A DNA stretch of 64,000 nucleotides, from NCBI GenBank assembly GCA_021796335.1, contig JAJYHZ010000001.1, positions 144,360 to 208,359 of the forward strand, in the 5' to 3' direction. This stretch comes from a bacterium (lineage in GTDB: Bacteria; Patescibacteriota; Minisyncoccia; UBA6257; UBA9933). This document shows positions 62,611-64,000 of the stretch, piece by piece; positions within the stretch are counted from its first letter, which is position 1, and each line of letters begins with the position of its first letter. The notes beneath the pieces are model-generated. The model had not been told where the DNA came from, did not search any database, and saw nothing but the letters and a program-made list of their open reading frames with translations. Both the position numbers and the translations under genes were made by a program.

Positions 62611-64000
62611 ATGAAAATAAAAAATGTCGCAATCATCGCACATGTTGACCATGGCAAAACAACTTTAGTTGACGCCCTGCTTCGCCAATCCAAAACTAAA
62701 TTAAACAAGGACATTGTCGACGCCGTCTGCATAATGGACAATAATGAATTGGAACGCGAAAGAGGAATAACTATTTTTTCCAAAAATGCATCGGTCAAAT
62801 GGGGCGATACGAAAATAAATATTATTGATACTCCCGGACACGCCGATTTCGGCGGTGAAGTTGAACGCGTCTTAAAAATGGCGGACGGCTGTTTGCTTTT
62901 AATAGATGCGAAAGAAGGCCCCATGCCGCAGACCCGTTTTGTTTTAAAAAAAGCTCTTGAACTCGGACATAAGATAATCGTTATCGTGAATAAAATCGAC
63001 AAACCCGATGCCAGGCCCAACTATGTTCTGAATAAAACTTTTGACCTGTTTATCGAATTGGGAGCGGATGAAAAAACCATCGAATTCCCGGTTATTTATG
63101 CATCTTCAAAGCAAGGGAAGGCCGGATTAGAACCGGCCATTGATAAAATGTCCGATATTTCACCGATTTTCGACGCCATTGGAAAATACATTCCGGATCC
63201 GGCCGGTGATCCCGAAAAACCGCTGCAAATATTGATAACTTCGATTGCCGCCGATAATTTTAAAGGAAGAATTGCGATTGGAAAAATTTATAACGGGAAG
63301 ATAAAAGCAGGACAAAATATTGCACATCTGAATCGCAGCGGCAAAATTCAAAAATACCGTCTGGTTTCATTGATGACTTTCAGCGGCTTGGAAAAAATTG
63401 AAGCTCAAGAAGTCGAAGCGGGGGATATTGTAGCGATTGCCGGGATTCCCGATATTACTATAGGCGAAACGATCGCCGATACAGAAAATCCCATTGCTTT
63501 GCCATTGCTTAAAATCGAAGAACCGACTGTTAAAATGAATTTTTCTATAAACGATTCTCCGTTCGCCGGCCGAGAAGGAAATTTTACGACTTCGCGGCAA
63601 ATTCGTGAAAGATTATTTAAAGAATTGGAAACTGACATGGCTTTGCGAGTCGAAGATAGCGAAAATGGAGACTGGATTGTGTCCGGAAGAGGCGAACTTC
63701 ATTTGGCGATTTTAATTGAAAGAATGCGCCGCGAAGGATACGAATTTCAGGTTTCCCGTCCGCAGGTGATCATTAAAGAAATCAACGGAGTAAAAATGAC
63801 TCCGTATGAAATGGTGTTCATCGAAGTTCCCGAAGATTATTCCGGAGTTGTAATCCAAAAACTCGGTAGTCGACAAGGAGAGCTTAAAAATATGCAAACT
63901 GAAAACGGAACAGTTAATATGGAATTCTTAATTCCGACCGCCGGTCTTCTCGGTTATCGCAGCGAATTTTTGACCGATACCCGTGGTCTCGGAATTATGA
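62611..64000 (+). CDS. typA: GTP-binding protein TypA/BipA (3' partial, runs off the window)
   Basis: [45 protein letters not shown] G-domain motifs. Not in the ORF track because it has no stop codon within the window. Confidence 0.88.
   Translation, partial: [463 protein letters not shown]

Noticed and set aside
62586-63897. Minus-strand ORFs antisense to the typA region (62586-63020, 63160-63351, 63367-63638, 63712-63897)
   Set aside because: The plus strand encodes an unambiguous TypA/BipA GTPase with no stop in the window. The antisense ORFs are shadows.

Overview
By-eye annotation of a low-GC (roughly one-third GC) bacterial window. Its gene content looks like Candidate Phyla Radiation / Patescibacteria: no L30 between S5 and L15, a class I LysRS, a minimal AlaRS, and many small membrane proteins. 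This lineage call is an inference.

Bases 1-24.5k are housekeeping:
- a dTMP-supply module (divergent ThyA-like, dCMP deaminase, P-loop kinase, dUTPase);
- a long ribosomal-protein operon (rplC through rplO, then secY-adk-map) that starts without rpsJ and stops after map;
- nadK, a GT2 glycosyltransferase, greA, class I lysK, an HD hydrolase, dnaG-rpoD and alaS.

At 24.5k sits a proteasome/HslV/Anbu-like Ntn hydrolase, then tRNA-Asn(GTT).

Directly 3' of the tRNA is the most unusual structure in the window, two back-to-back cassettes, each bounded by long inverted repeats:
- cassette A (25357-29633) has 116-bp perfect IRs and carries a large serine recombinase, an XRE HTH, an amino-DNA methyltransferase and a DUF262(ParB/GmrS-like)+HNH nuclease;
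- cassette B (29629-34581) has ~290-bp ~98% identical IRs and carries a Clp-fold serine protease, five membrane/small proteins and a GC-rich replication-relaxation-like protein;
- a second, paralogous large serine recombinase plus an excisionase-like HTH sit just outside its right IR.
The cassettes are compositionally foreign (GC-rich) and share a 5-bp junction matching the tRNA 3' end. I interpret them as recombinase-controlled invertible or integrative modules carrying candidate defence cargo.

Downstream are:
- an AT-rich cluster of small membrane proteins ending in a trypsin-like protease;
- a TerS-like phage remnant;
- 30-bp direct repeats flanking a GNAT + DEAD-box pair;
- an SF2 helicase whose C-terminal third is five tandem ~70-aa repeats of a motif I do not recognise;
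- several small Cys-rich ORFs with strong SD sites;
- redox and envelope genes: VOC, PAP2, CsoR-like, trxA-trxB, a sortase with an LPxTG substrate, rhodanese, a metzincin and FKBP;
- a 3'-truncated typA at the window end.

No CRISPR arrays or rRNA genes were seen.
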